64,000 nt of DNA from an uncultured Bdellovibrionales bacterium (GCA_964436855.1 CAYTED010000002.1:77925-141924), one strand, 5' to 3'; positions 37,474 through 47,314 are shown, counted from the stretch's first letter. Notes: generated from the letters alone by a model not told the origin. Made by a program: numbers and translations.

Positions 37474-39279
37474 TCAAATATCGCGTTCCTCCTCTTCATC
37501 CGCATCAATCAGTGTCTCGCCAAACGACGATGTTTGCCGATTCCAAAATCCGGCATAAATGCCGTTTTTCTCCAAGAGTTCGCTATGCGAGCCTTCTTCC
37601 GCAATAGCGCCGTGCTCCAGTACGACAATACGATCCATCTCACGCACCGTACTCAATCGATGTGCGATGACGATAGTCGTTCTGCCCTGCATCAATTCGT
37701 GCAATGCCTCCTGAATATGATGTTCGCTTGTCGTATCAAGCGCGCTCGTCGCCTCATCAAGGACAAGAATCGGCGCATCCTTTACAATAGCTCGCGCGAT
37801 CGCGATCCGCTGCCGCTCACCACCCGAGAGTTTGACCCCACGCTCACCAACAAGCGTGTTATATCCATTCGGAAGCGAAAGAATAAACTCGTGCGCATGC
37901 GCTTTCTTTGCGGCATATTCGATCATTTCTTTTGATGCGCCGGGTCGACCATATGCAATATTTTCTGCGATCGTCCGATGAAAAAGCGCGGTATCCTGCG
38001 GAACATACGCGATCAGACGGCGAAGTTCCTGCACGGAAAGCTTCCCGACATCGCGCCCATCAATCGTAATGTGTCCTTTTTTAGGAAGCACAAATCGCAG
38101 AAGCAACTTCGTGAGCGTGCTCTTTCCCGATCCCGACACGCCGACGAGCCCTACCTTTTCTCCCGCGCGAATGGACAATGAAAAATTTTCAAACACTCGA
38201 CCGCCTTTCGGATACTCGAAATCAACCTTCTCAAATGAAACCTCGCCTTGCACGGAAGCGCTTTCTCCTCCTTTTTCTTCAAGTGAAACACGCTCAACAT
38301 CAATCCGGTCAAACGTCTCGATCATCTCCGACGCATCCGCAATCTTTCGTATGAGTCGGCCAAGCGCACGACCGAAACCAAAAATCCCTCCAAAAATTGC
38401 AGCGACGTACACCTGTATCAAAACTACCGTTCCCGCACTAATATCTCCCGATAACCATAGGCGAATGGCTGTATATATGGCCGCAAGCTCAAGTATGGCA
38501 AACAATATCGTCTGTACCGCAATCAAAAAATTATTAAATCGCCACGCCGCAAATCTTGCCAAACGATCTTTTGTAGAAACCTCACGAAATATTCCCAATT
38601 CTTTCGCTTCCGATGCGAATGTCTTTACTGCGAACATATTCGCAAGTGCATCTGAAAGCGTTGCGGTCAGTGCCGAATCCTGCGTCGCACTTTTTTCATC
38701 ATACGGAAGCTTCTTGTTCGTTATCCATATCGCCATGACGATATATACCGGAATCCACACAAGAAAAATCATTGCGAGCCGCCACTCCACAAAGAAGAGT
38801 GTCCCGAGAATTCCAACTAACTGTACAAATGGCATCCAGAAATTGAACACTATCGTGTCCTGGATATCTTCAAATCCGTTCGCGAAACGCCGCGCCTGTG
38901 CCACCAAACTTCCCGCGAAGCGATCCGTAAAGAACGTATATCCCTGACGCATATATGCCGCAAACGCACGATTATTCAAATCTTCCATTGTTTTTGACTG
39001 CGCATAGATAATACAATAGTCACCAATTCGATAGAGAAGTTGATACACCACTATGACACCCACGAGCATCCAAAAGCTCCGGAATAAATCCGGGGCTAGC
39101 AGGGATCGTTCCACCTCACGCGACACCGTATCGATAATCTGTCGGTACACGAGCGGTGCAAGGACATTTCCTCCAAATGTCGCCATTCCATAGGCGATAA
39201 ATACCGCAAAAAACCACCACCGAAACCGGCGAGTGGACTCGCTATATGCTCCAAGCACTCTCGAAAAAGAAGTTTTCAT
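37474..39279 (-). CDS. ABC transporter, fused permease/ATPase (type I exporter, MsbA-like)
   Basis: 6-TM domain followed by an NBD with Walker A GVSGSGKST, signature LSGGERQRIAIARA and Walker B ILVLDEATSALD. Confidence 0.9.
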   Translation of the reverse strand: MKTSFSRVLGAYSESTRRFRWWFFAVFIAYGMATFGGNVLAPLVYRQIIDTVSREVERSLLAPDLFRSFWMLVGVIVVYQLLYRIGDYCIIYAQSKTMEDLNNRAFAAYMRQGYTFFTDRFAGSLVAQARRFANGFEDIQDTIVFNFWMPFVQLVGILGTLFFVEWRLAMIFLVWIPVYIVMAIWITNKKLPYDEKSATQDSALTATLSDALANMFAVKTFASEAKELGIFREVSTKDRLARFAAWRFNNFLIAVQTILFAILELAAIYTAIRLWLSGDISAGTVVLIQVYVAAIFGGIFGFGRALGRLIRKIADASEMIETFDRIDVERVSLEEKGGESASVQGEVSFEKVDFEYPKGGRVFENFSLSIRAGEKVGLVGVSGSGKSTLTKLLLRFVLPKKGHITIDGRDVGKLSVQELRRLIAYVPQDTALFHRTIAENIAYGRPGASKEMIEYAAKKAHAHEFILSLPNGYNTLVGERGVKLSGGERQRIAIARAIVKDAPILVLDEATSALDTTSEHHIQEALHELMQGRTTIVIAHRLSTVREMDRIVVLEHGAIAEEGSHSELLEKNGIYAGFWNRQTSSFGETLIDADEEEERDI

Positions 39280-39439
39280 AAAAAAGAAGGCTTCGTCAGC
39301 ATATCAGAAAATTTCATTTCCGTCACCGGAGACACTTTTCGATTGATATGTGGACGGAAAATATTTTTGTGCTACAATAAACCCTGCAGCTAATGCAAGA
39401 GAAACGTCGTCGGATTTCTCCAAACGAAACCAAAGAAAC

Positions 39440-39643
39440 ACTATGACCGGAACAATAAAAACGCTCGTTCGAGATCGCGGATTCGGATTCATCGCGCGCG
39501 AAGGCGTGGAGAAGGATCTTTTCTTCCACTCGAAAGAGCTTGCGGGCGTTACCTTCGAAGAATTGAAGGAAGGCGATACCGTTTCCTTCGAAGTAACGGA
39601 AGGTCCGAAGGGCCCCGCAGCAACCCAGGTCTCACGCGTCTAA
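39440..39643 (+). CDS. csp: Cold-shock protein (CspA family)
   Basis: 67 aa. RNP1-like motif RGFGFI and RNP2-like motif VFFH. The start is the internal Met MTGTIK. The upstream 90 nt of the ORF-track frame is probably 5' UTR. Confidence 0.85.
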   Translation, partial: TMTGTIKTLVRDRGFGFIAREGVEKDLFFHSKELAGVTFEELKEGDTVSFEVTEGPKGPAATQVSRV

Positions 39644-39671
39644 ATCAAGCGCCAGAAAGACACAAAAAAAT

Positions 39672-39700
39672 CACTCCTCTCGGAGTGGTTTTTTGTTTTT
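39672..39700 (+). terminator. Rho-independent terminator after csp
   Basis: Hairpin cactcctctcggagtgg followed by ttttttgttttt. Confidence 0.65.
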
Positions 39701-39735
39701 CCATTCCAAAGAAAAACGGTATACTTTATTTCAAT

Positions 39736-40548
39736 ATGATTGAAATGCTTTTCCTTTTTCTCGTCGCTCTCCTTGTCGGATTCATACTCTTTCTTATGAG
39801 TCAGAAACCGAGCAATGATCGCGACTGGGCGCCCGAAGGAGCGCTTCTTCCATTTATCACACGAGAAGATGATACGATCACCCTTCGACATATCCGACGC
39901 TTTCGATATGAAGAAGATGGCGCTCTCCACGAAGATCATTTCGATAGAACGCTTTTTCTTCACGATATCATCGGCGTCGATCTTTTCATCGAACCCTTCT
40001 CGCCCGTCCGTGGACCGGCGCATTCACTCCTCTCATTCCGTATTTCCGACGGACATCATATCGTTATTTCCGTCGAGGTGCGCCGACAGAAAAAACAGCG
40101 CGAGTCTTCATTCTGGTTGAGCTTTTTCCGTCAGTATGGACTTTTCTATGTTGTCGCCGACGAAGAAGATGCTGTCTATCTCCGTTCTCATATCCGAAAA
40201 GATCGGGTCTATCTCCATCCACTCCGCCTCACTCCCTCTCAATCACGATCCCTCTTCCTGCATATTCTTCCGCGCATCAATGAGCTTCACAGAACACCCG
40301 AACTCTACAATCTGTTCCACAACACCTGTTCGACCAATATTCGCGATCATCTCAATGCTATTCTCGACCGCCCGATTCCATTTCACTGGTCGCTTCTCCT
40401 TCCTGCCTTTCTCCCAAAATTCCTCTACAAGAACGGCCTGATCGATACCGAACTCCCTTTTGAGGAACACGTAATCGAAGCACTCACCAACAAAAAACCG
40501 GATCAATATCCGGGTCTTTCCTATTCTGAAGCAATTCGAAAAAAATAA
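39736..40548 (+). CDS. DUF4105 (Lnb N-terminal domain-like) membrane-anchored protein
   Basis: N-terminal TM. Motif YNLFHNTCSTN corresponds to the NNCTT signature of DUF4105. Start taken after the csp terminator. Confidence 0.6.
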   Translation: MIEMLFLFLVALLVGFILFLMSQKPSNDRDWAPEGALLPFITREDDTITLRHIRRFRYEEDGALHEDHFDRTLFLHDIIGVDLFIEPFSPVRGPAHSLLSFRISDGHHIVISVEVRRQKKQRESSFWLSFFRQYGLFYVVADEEDAVYLRSHIRKDRVYLHPLRLTPSQSRSLFLHILPRINELHRTPELYNLFHNTCSTNIRDHLNAILDRPIPFHWSLLLPAFLPKFLYKNGLIDTELPFEEHVIEALTNKKPDQYPGLSYSEAIRKK

Positions 40549-40549
40549 C

Positions 40550-40819
40550 TTACCGTTTCCACCACGACGGATATTCGCCGCGACGAAAGCACAGGAGATC
40601 AAAGAGTGCAAAAAGCGCGATCATCCACGGCGCAAACGAAATCAACGTGTCGGACACCGAGTGCAATTCACGATCAATCGAAACAAACAAAACTGCGCCC
40701 AATGCAAAAAGAATGACCGTGACTATCCATCCTTCTTTCGAAACGGGGTAATAAAATGCAAACCATTTCCAAAATCTCGCCGGACGAAACCAAATACGCA
40801 TAAAAAATCTTTTTTTCAT
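40550..40819 (-). CDS. Small hypothetical membrane protein
   Basis: 89 aa with two predicted TMs. No motif recognised. Confidence 0.4.
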   Translation of the reverse strand: MKKRFFMRIWFRPARFWKWFAFYYPVSKEGWIVTVILFALGAVLFVSIDRELHSVSDTLISFAPWMIALFALFDLLCFRRGEYPSWWKR

Positions 40820-40888
40820 TCTATCATTTATTCATTTTTTCGTAAAAAAACGCCCGGCGGTTACCCGTCGAGCTCCTTGCTACTTTGT

Positions 40889-41041
40889 CTATTGTGCGCC
40901 CCCTCCTTTCACATCTTTCACCATTTCATCAAATTGCAAGATGACCGTATCACCGATTCGCACCTCTTCCGGTCCGAACAACCGGAATACGATCAGCGCT
41001 ACCATAATGATGGCAAAAAAAAGGACTACCAACCTTCCCAT
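40889..41041 (-). CDS. Tiny hypothetical membrane protein (50 aa)
   Basis: ORF MGRLVVLFFAIIMVALIVFRLFGPEEVRIGDTVILQFDEMVKDVKGGGAQ, preceded by a strong SD (GGAGGGAG). Not in the supplied ORF track because it is shorter than 60 aa. Confidence 0.3.
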   Translation of the reverse strand: MGRLVVLFFAIIMVALIVFRLFGPEEVRIGDTVILQFDEMVKDVKGGGAQ

Positions 41042-41119
41042 GGCTCTCCCTCCTTCAAGGGAAAAAAGGATGTTTTTTTATACCATTTTTATGGAAAACA
41101 ATCAAGCCCTAATAATTTT

Positions 41120-41890
41120 TCACACTTTTTCCACGTATCGCTTCGACTGCTTCCATAAGAGATCGAATTGAAGCGTTGAGAGCATTGCAAAGTCGGCGCT
41201 CTGAACAATAAATCCATACGATTCCGCGGCGGAACTGACAAAAAGCACCTTGTCGCCATAAATCGTATAGGCCATACGCGTTGCAAATCCTTTTGGCGCG
41301 TATCGGCGCTCTACTCCCTCATCGCCAAAGCGAAACAAGTGTTCATCGGTTTTTTTCGGCGGAGGCGACCAGATCGTCTGCAATCGTAAACCGTTTCGAA
41401 TGCGTTTTTCATTGAAATTCGAGAGTTCTCTTTTTCCAAGCGCGCGAATCATCTCGTTATACGGCCACACCGCCTTCAAAATCAAATGATCATCCCAGAG
41501 CATATCATGCATGGCACGCACAATCGCCTCTCGTCCGGATACGAAACGAATTTTCGGATCACTCGAAGATTTTCGACGCGCAAGCGTCGCTTTTGCTTTT
41601 GAAAATTCTTTTTTCACTCCCACAACATGCTCTTCTTCAATGGCAAGGAGTCGTTCGAGATCAGCAAGGTCCCGAATTGAAAACTCGCTTTTCCCATCGA
41701 TATCCCGTTCTACAATCAACCCCTTTTCTTCCAAAATTTTCAATTGATCGTAGACGGACGGACGCGTCATCCCAAGGCGTGTCGCAATCGACCGAGCGAG
41801 CGATTGTCCGTTTTCGAGGAGATCGGCATACACACTACGAGCAGATTCCGGAACACCAAGAATGCGCAATGCTTCTTCAAGTATTTTCAT
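41120..41890 (-). CDS. TrmB-family transcriptional regulator
   Basis: N-terminal winged HTH (LARSIATRLGMTRPSVYDQLKILEEKGLIVER) typical of TrmB, plus a C-terminal TrmB-like effector domain. Start taken at the internal Met MKILEEAL. Confidence 0.75.
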   Translation of the reverse strand: MKILEEALRILGVPESARSVYADLLENGQSLARSIATRLGMTRPSVYDQLKILEEKGLIVERDIDGKSEFSIRDLADLERLLAIEEEHVVGVKKEFSKAKATLARRKSSSDPKIRFVSGREAIVRAMHDMLWDDHLILKAVWPYNEMIRALGKRELSNFNEKRIRNGLRLQTIWSPPPKKTDEHLFRFGDEGVERRYAPKGFATRMAYTIYGDKVLFVSSAAESYGFIVQSADFAMLSTLQFDLLWKQSKRYVEKV

Positions 41891-41999
41891 ATGTTTTGTC
41901 GAAATTCGTCGACAGTATAACACACTTTTAAAAATGCGAGAAGATGCAGACAAGCGAAACACGCGAGTCCCTTTACAATCTCTTTTTCTGGAGGCCATC

Positions 42000-42542
42000 A
42001 TGACGAAAAAGTCCGGCATCAGAACCATTCTCATTCCTCAAACCGTGGTCGAAGCAAACAATTCGCTCTTCCGTATCGGCGAGATCGACCGCCTGATCGA
42101 CACGATCGAAACCGCACTCGCAACCGAGATCGCTCGTCTTCGCAAAGAAGCGGACGAAAAAACTGCGAGGTTCATCGCTGAACGCGAAGGTCGTTTCATT
42201 GGCCTTGAACAATTCGCCGAAGCAAACCGGGCTACGCTTCTTCCGACGGAAAAGAAATCTGTCGAACTTTCGGCCGGTACGATCGGTTGGCGATTCACCC
42301 CTTGCAAAGTAACGCTTGGCAAAGGCGGTGAACAGAAAGCGATCGCCACCCTGAAAGAGCTCTTTTGTAAGCAGTACATCCGAACCAAGGAATCGCTCGA
42401 CAAAGAGAGTCTTCTGAAGGACCGTCCTCCTGTTCCGGGTATCAAGTATACCCAACGCGAAGAATTCTTCGCGGAAGCGAAAACGATCCCGAATCAAGTA
42501 GCAAGTGAAAACGTGATCATTCTCTCGCAAGCGGCAGCATAA
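42000..42542 (+). CDS. Phage Mu Gam-like DNA-end-binding protein (host-nuclease inhibitor Gam family)
   Basis: Aligns with Mu Gam over the whole core: FAEANRATL versus WCEANRDEL, IGWRFTPCKVTL versus VSWRVRPPSVSI, KQYIRTKESLDKESLL versus QRFIRTKQEINKEAIL. GGAGG lies 5 nt upstream of the ATG. Confidence 0.75.
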   Translation: MTKKSGIRTILIPQTVVEANNSLFRIGEIDRLIDTIETALATEIARLRKEADEKTARFIAEREGRFIGLEQFAEANRATLLPTEKKSVELSAGTIGWRFTPCKVTLGKGGEQKAIATLKELFCKQYIRTKESLDKESLLKDRPPVPGIKYTQREEFFAEAKTIPNQVASENVIILSQAAA

Positions 42543-42560
42543 TTCACCGCATGATTATTC

Positions 42561-42600
42561 CCCCAAGGACACATTGTTCCTTTGGGGAATTTTTTTTTAT
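42561..42600 (+). terminator. Rho-independent terminator after the Gam-like gene
   Basis: Hairpin ccccaaggacacattgttcctttgggg followed by a T9 run. Confidence 0.6.
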
Positions 42601-42806
42601 TTTTCTTCGAGTGAGAAATACCGTGTCGGACGGAAAATAATTCAAGGGGGTTCTTAATGTGTCCGCCCGCCGGAAAAAAGCGCCGTATTGCGATCGCGAG
42701 AAATCTCCGGAAATCCAAGCATCTCGCGATAAAACGTTGCCGATCGATCCATGTCGGTCACATAAAGCACGATATGCCCGAGTTCATAAATGCCGCATAT
42801 AAAAAT

Positions 42807-43997
42807 CTAGCATCGAACCCGAACAAAGTCTTTCTTGCCGACTTTGAGGACTTTTCCGGAATAATTGGCAGTAACAGCCTGCATCGTATCGGTGATGCGA
42901 ACGCCATCGATCTCCACTCCACCCTGCTCGATTTTGCGACGCGCCTCGCCCTTACTTTCCGCAAACCCCGCTTTCACAATAACGTCAATCAACTTTTCCC
43001 CTTCCACGACTGTCACATCAGCAAGAGTATCCGGGATCTGTTTCTTGGAAAATATTTCGATAAAATATTGTTCCGCTTTCTCTGCTTCGTCCGCGCCGTG
43101 ATACATTGAAACAATTTCTTTTGCCAATCGCAGCTTTGCATCGCGAGGATTCGCGCCATTCGCAATCCCCTTTTCCAATTCGGAAACTTCTTCCATCGGG
43201 AGGCGGGTGCAGTGCGTAAAGTACGAAACAATCAACTCATCCGGAACGCTCATCACTTTTCCAAACATTTCATTCGGAACATCCAAGAGATTGATCGTAT
43301 TCCCCCAGCTCGAGCTCATTTTTCGACCATCGGTTCCAAGAATGAGATTGGTCATCAGAATATCTTGCGCCGGTTTTCCAAATGACCGTTGAAGCTCTCG
43401 TCCCGCAAGGAGATTAAATCGTTGATCCATTCCCCCAAGCTCGACATCCACTGAAACCGCGACACTGTCATACCCCTGCATCAAAGGATACAGCATTTCG
43501 CGAAGCGATACGCGCTTGCCCCCATCAAGACGCTTTCTGATATTTTCCCGCGCATTGAATTCCGCAAGCGAAAATACGTCTGCCATTTCACATACTTCCT
43601 GAAAAGAAAGTTCGGAGAGCCATTCAGCATTGTATCGGACTTCCACCGTGGAAAGATCAAGAAGTTTCCCCGCCTGTTCGACATAGCTTTGCATATTCTC
43701 CTTCACCGTCTCGGGGGTTAACATCGGTCGTTCGCTTTCCTTATCGCTCGTATCGCCGATCACACCGGTAAAATCCCCCACGATAAAAACAACTTGATGA
43801 CCGAGTTCTTGAAAATCACGAAGTTTCAAGAGTGAGACCGCACGACCGAGATGAATATTCGGACTCGTGGGATCGATCCCGAGTTTTACGCGAAGCTTCT
43901 CGCCTTTCTCCAATCGCTCTTTCAAGTGATTGTAATCGATCACCTCTGCAACTCCACGAGAGAGTAGTTCCTCGATCTTTCTCTTTTCATCCGTCAT
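42807..43997 (-). CDS. tyrS: Tyrosyl-tRNA synthetase with C-terminal S4 domain
   Basis: Class I HIGH-like motif (PTSPNIHLGR), KMSSS (KMSKS) motif, and a C-terminal S4 RNA-binding domain. Confidence 0.92.
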   Translation of the reverse strand: MTDEKRKIEELLSRGVAEVIDYNHLKERLEKGEKLRVKLGIDPTSPNIHLGRAVSLLKLRDFQELGHQVVFIVGDFTGVIGDTSDKESERPMLTPETVKENMQSYVEQAGKLLDLSTVEVRYNAEWLSELSFQEVCEMADVFSLAEFNARENIRKRLDGGKRVSLREMLYPLMQGYDSVAVSVDVELGGMDQRFNLLAGRELQRSFGKPAQDILMTNLILGTDGRKMSSSWGNTINLLDVPNEMFGKVMSVPDELIVSYFTHCTRLPMEEVSELEKGIANGANPRDAKLRLAKEIVSMYHGADEAEKAEQYFIEIFSKKQIPDTLADVTVVEGEKLIDVIVKAGFAESKGEARRKIEQGGVEIDGVRITDTMQAVTANYSGKVLKVGKKDFVRVRC

Positions 43998-44003
43998 AGT
44001 TTT

Positions 44004-44273
44004 TTACTTATTCTCAAATATCCCGTCTTTTCGCATTGTCTTGAAGAATGAAAACATTGCTTTTGCATCATACCCATTAAACCCTTTCGTATTTTCATAA
44101 TATGTTTTCATCCTTGTTTCAAGTTCCCCATCGAATTGATGTCCCGCTGATACTTTGTCCCTTTTGAGAGCATCTTGAATCACAAGGGCGCGCCTAGCGA
44201 TATCTTGCTGGGCGTCAGGAGGAATTAATCCTCTTTCACTCACCACGTAAAAACCGGATGTTTCACTCAACAT
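44004..44273 (-). CDS. Hypothetical small protein upstream of tyrS
   Basis: 89 aa, 7 nt upstream of tyrS. No motif recognised. Confidence 0.4.
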   Translation of the reverse strand: MLSETSGFYVVSERGLIPPDAQQDIARRALVIQDALKRDKVSAGHQFDGELETRMKTYYENTKGFNGYDAKAMFSFFKTMRKDGIFENK

Positions 44274-44285
44274 ACTATGTGATAT

Positions 44286-44615
44286 TTATTCCAAATGCAT
44301 TTTCTTCTTCGCGAGACGGTACTGATCGTCAGAAATCTTCCCAGACTTTTTCATCGCCTCGAGCCCTTCAAGGAGTTCTTTCTTGTGCTTCTCGATATTT
44401 TTCGGCGTCAGCATTTTCTGCGCGAATTTCTGTTGCTCGGCGGGACTCATTCGGAGGAATTTCCGCATCGCCATCCGCTGGACAAAGTTCATCTTGCTCA
44501 TATCTGGCGCGCCCGGCATATTGTGTTGTACCGACTCCTCGCCTTTCTTCTCATCTTTCGCCGTCTTCAGTTTTTGGATAAATTTTCGGAACATGATGTT
44601 AATGTTAAATTTCAA
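44286..44615 (-). CDS. Hypothetical basic small protein
   Basis: 109 aa, Lys-rich with Met-rich segments. No family recognised. Confidence 0.4.
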   Translation of the reverse strand: MKFNINIMFRKFIQKLKTAKDEKKGEESVQHNMPGAPDMSKMNFVQRMAMRKFLRMSPAEQQKFAQKMLTPKNIEKHKKELLEGLEAMKKSGKISDDQYRLAKKKMHLE

Positions 44616-44685
44616 ATTATAAATTTCAAAACATCTTTTTTACAATTTGATATTTATTTTAAAATTTGTATTTTGTATTTTGAAA
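44616..44685. repeat. AT-rich intergenic element with AAATTTCAAA and TTTGAAATT copies in inverted orientation
   Basis: The left half (aaatttcaaattataaatttcaaaa) and right half (tattttgtattttgaaatta) resemble the two flanks of the four-helix-bundle gene at 4168..4635. Confidence 0.3.
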
Positions 44686-45594
44686 TTATCCTTTCATCTT
44701 CTGTCGAGTGACCATAAGTGCGGAAGCAACAAAAATTGAAGAGTAGGTTCCAAAGAAAACTCCCGCGAGCAATGCCGCTCCGAACCATCGGATACTTTCA
44801 CCGCCGAAAAACGTGATCGCAACAAGGACGATAATCACCGTAAGCGACGTATTGATCGATCGAACGAGCGTTTCATTCAATGATCGGTTCACCACTACTT
44901 CAAAGTTCTGCTTTCCCGTCAACCGAAGAAGATTTTCCCGGATCCGATCGTAGACGACAATCGTGTCATTCACCGAATACCCGAGAATCGTAAGGAGTGC
45001 CGCGACAAACGGAATCCCCACTTCCACATCATAATACTTTCCGAGAAATGCGAAAAATCCGACCACCGCAAGAATATCGTGCGCGAGGGCGATCACCGCG
45101 CCAATCCCGTATTCCCACGACGTAATCGGGCGAGAGACACGACGAAACGCCCACGCAATATATGCCGCGATACCAAGAATAGAGAGGGCGATTCCCGCAA
45201 AAGCGTTTTTCTTAATCTGATCGGAAACCGACGCGCCGATAAAATCGGTCCGGAGTTGTGTGATATTCGGATCGAGTTCTTTCAATTTCGCAAGCACGTG
45301 TTCATTGGCGGATTCATTGGACGCAAGATACCGGAGAAGCATTCCCTTGTTCTCCGTCGGCTGCACCGTCAGGCTTCGGAGATCGTTACCCGAAAGAATA
45401 TCGGTTATTTCGGAAACCTGCGGAACCGGATCCTTCGCAAATCGAATTTCCATCAAGGTACCGCCCCTGAAATCGATTCCGAGTCGGAGTCCCCACATCG
45501 CAATCATCACAATACTCGCGATCGTAATCGCTCCGGAGAACCAGTAGGTGTATTTTCTTTTCTGAATAATGTTCAACATAGTATCATATAACAT
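44686..45594 (-). CDS. secF: Protein translocase subunit SecF
   Basis: 6-TM SecF architecture with conserved segments (GIDFRGG, VVYDRIREN). Confidence 0.85.
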   Translation of the reverse strand: MLYDTMLNIIQKRKYTYWFSGAITIASIVMIAMWGLRLGIDFRGGTLMEIRFAKDPVPQVSEITDILSGNDLRSLTVQPTENKGMLLRYLASNESANEHVLAKLKELDPNITQLRTDFIGASVSDQIKKNAFAGIALSILGIAAYIAWAFRRVSRPITSWEYGIGAVIALAHDILAVVGFFAFLGKYYDVEVGIPFVAALLTILGYSVNDTIVVYDRIRENLLRLTGKQNFEVVVNRSLNETLVRSINTSLTVIIVLVAITFFGGESIRWFGAALLAGVFFGTYSSIFVASALMVTRQKMKG

Positions 45595-45625
45595 GAATCA
45601 TGGAGCATGGAACATGGAGCAAAAA

Positions 45626-47314
45626 TCACTCTTCGAGACGTTTCTTCGGCGAAACGAGTATCCACTCGCGACCCTCCGCCCACTCACCCACAAGGAATCG
45701 AGCCGACACCCGCACAAGCACCACCGCCGTAAAAAGCGACAGGAGTACACCAATCGCAAGAATAATCGCAAACCCCTTTACAAAACCGGTCCCGAGTCCG
45801 ATCAGAATCACCGTCGTGATAAGTGTTGAAATGTGTCCGTCTCGAATACTCGGCCATGCCCGGCGAAACCCTTCCGTGAGCGCTTTCGAAACCGTTTTTC
45901 CGAATGCGAGCTCCTCGCGTGTTCGTTCAAAAATAAGCACATTCGCATCAACCGCAATCCCGATCGAAAGAATAAATCCCGCAATACCGGAAAGCGTGAG
46001 TGTAATCGGGAACGGCGTGAATGCGGAAAGTTTAAACATCGTGAGAAGCATTGCCGTATACAGAAGCAACGCAAAAACGGCAATCAAACCAAGGAACCGA
46101 TAGAAAAGCACCATAAAAATCGCAACCGCCACAAGTCCGATCGCGCCCGCAAACAAACTTTTTTGAAGCGCAACCGCCCCAAGAGAGGCGTCGACCGATT
46201 GCTGACCGACCAGTTCGATCGGTACCGGAAGCGCGCCTTCGTTCAGACGTTTCACCAAGTGCTTGGCTTCCGCAAGAGTATAATTGCCTGTAATCACCGC
46301 TTGACCATTCAAAATTTCCGACTGCACCGTCGGCGCACTCACAAGGTCTCCATCGATAAAAATCGCCAGCGGTTTTCCGATGTTTCGTTTCGTAATTTCA
46401 GCAAAAAGTTTGGTTCCCTCGTTATCAAACCGAAGCGAAACCTGCGGAGATCCGATTCCCTGACTCCGATAATCCACAAACGCATCAGTGAGATTTTTTC
46501 CGGAAAGCCCCGTCGCCTTGTATTTGAACTCCGGATACTGATCGGGAGATCGTTTCACGAAAAGGATATGCGCCGCCCGTACTTCACGATCATCGCCTTC
46601 TCCTTTTTCTTCCAATTTCTTGATAATGTGCCAACCAAACTCACTTTCAACCAATTTCGGCCATATCTCCCCCGTCCTGAAATTCGGATCGAACACCACG
46701 CTGTCGAATGCCTCCACATACGACCCCTTCTTTGCAAACCCGAGGTCGCCATCTTTTTCCTTTGATCCGGGATCTTGACTCGATTCTTTTGCGAGTGCGG
46801 AAAAATCTTCTCCTAACAGCGCTTTCGCCAAGGTTTTCTCGGCAGACTCTTTCGCGCCGGCATTCGTACTGTCAAACAATTTCTGAATTTCGGGATCGAC
46901 ACTTCCGGCTTCTTCACGAAAATCAAGCGTCGGTGTTTCCCTGATCGTGTTTTTCGCCTCTTCGATATCTTTTACGCCGGGAAGCTCGACGATAATACGC
47001 TCTTCCGTTCCGGATCGCGAGCGCTGTACAAGCGGCTCTCCGACGCCAAACGCATTCACGCGTCGTTCGATGACTGCTTCCGCCGCCGAAAGCGCATCAC
47101 TCACCTTTGATTCAGGAATGCCGGAGACATCCGCCTTGTATTCCAAATGAATCCCTCCCTGCAGATCGAGCCCGAGATTCACTTTCAGCGCATCAAGCTT
47201 TTCAAACCCTTTCGGCCAAAACTTCATCACCTGCGGATAGGCAATAAGACCACAAAAAACCCCGAGCGCAAGAACACCGAGAAATTGGTTTCGTATTTTC
47301 GATTGAAGCTTCAT
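45626..47314 (-). CDS. secD: Protein translocase subunit SecD with embedded parvulin-like PPIase segment
   Basis: SecD TM1, periplasmic P1 domain (LGLDLQGGIHLEY, PGVKD) and a C-terminal 5-TM bundle. The P1 domain carries roughly 120 extra residues matching PpiC: DFSALAKESSQDPGSKEKDGDLGF...FGWHIIK. Confidence 0.85.
   Translation of the reverse strand: MKLQSKIRNQFLGVLALGVFCGLIAYPQVMKFWPKGFEKLDALKVNLGLDLQGGIHLEYKADVSGIPESKVSDALSAAEAVIERRVNAFGVGEPLVQRSRSGTEERIIVELPGVKDIEEAKNTIRETPTLDFREEAGSVDPEIQKLFDSTNAGAKESAEKTLAKALLGEDFSALAKESSQDPGSKEKDGDLGFAKKGSYVEAFDSVVFDPNFRTGEIWPKLVESEFGWHIIKKLEEKGEGDDREVRAAHILFVKRSPDQYPEFKYKATGLSGKNLTDAFVDYRSQGIGSPQVSLRFDNEGTKLFAEITKRNIGKPLAIFIDGDLVSAPTVQSEILNGQAVITGNYTLAEAKHLVKRLNEGALPVPIELVGQQSVDASLGAVALQKSLFAGAIGLVAVAIFMVLFYRFLGLIAVFALLLYTAMLLTMFKLSAFTPFPITLTLSGIAGFILSIGIAVDANVLIFERTREELAFGKTVSKALTEGFRRAWPSIRDGHISTLITTVILIGLGTGFVKGFAIILAIGVLLSLFTAVVLVRVSARFLVGEWAEGREWILVSPKKRLEE

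Noticed and set aside
42600-42806. Possible T-box or riboswitch leader for tyrS
   Set aside because: tyrS is on the minus strand, so its leader would lie above 43997, where another gene abuts it. The region 42600..42806 is its 3' flank, and no specifier or T-box motif was seen.
42657-43109. 150-aa plus-strand ORF beginning in the tyrS 3' flank
   Set aside because: It runs antisense through the well-supported tyrS coding region in a different frame and has no motif. Judged a shadow ORF.
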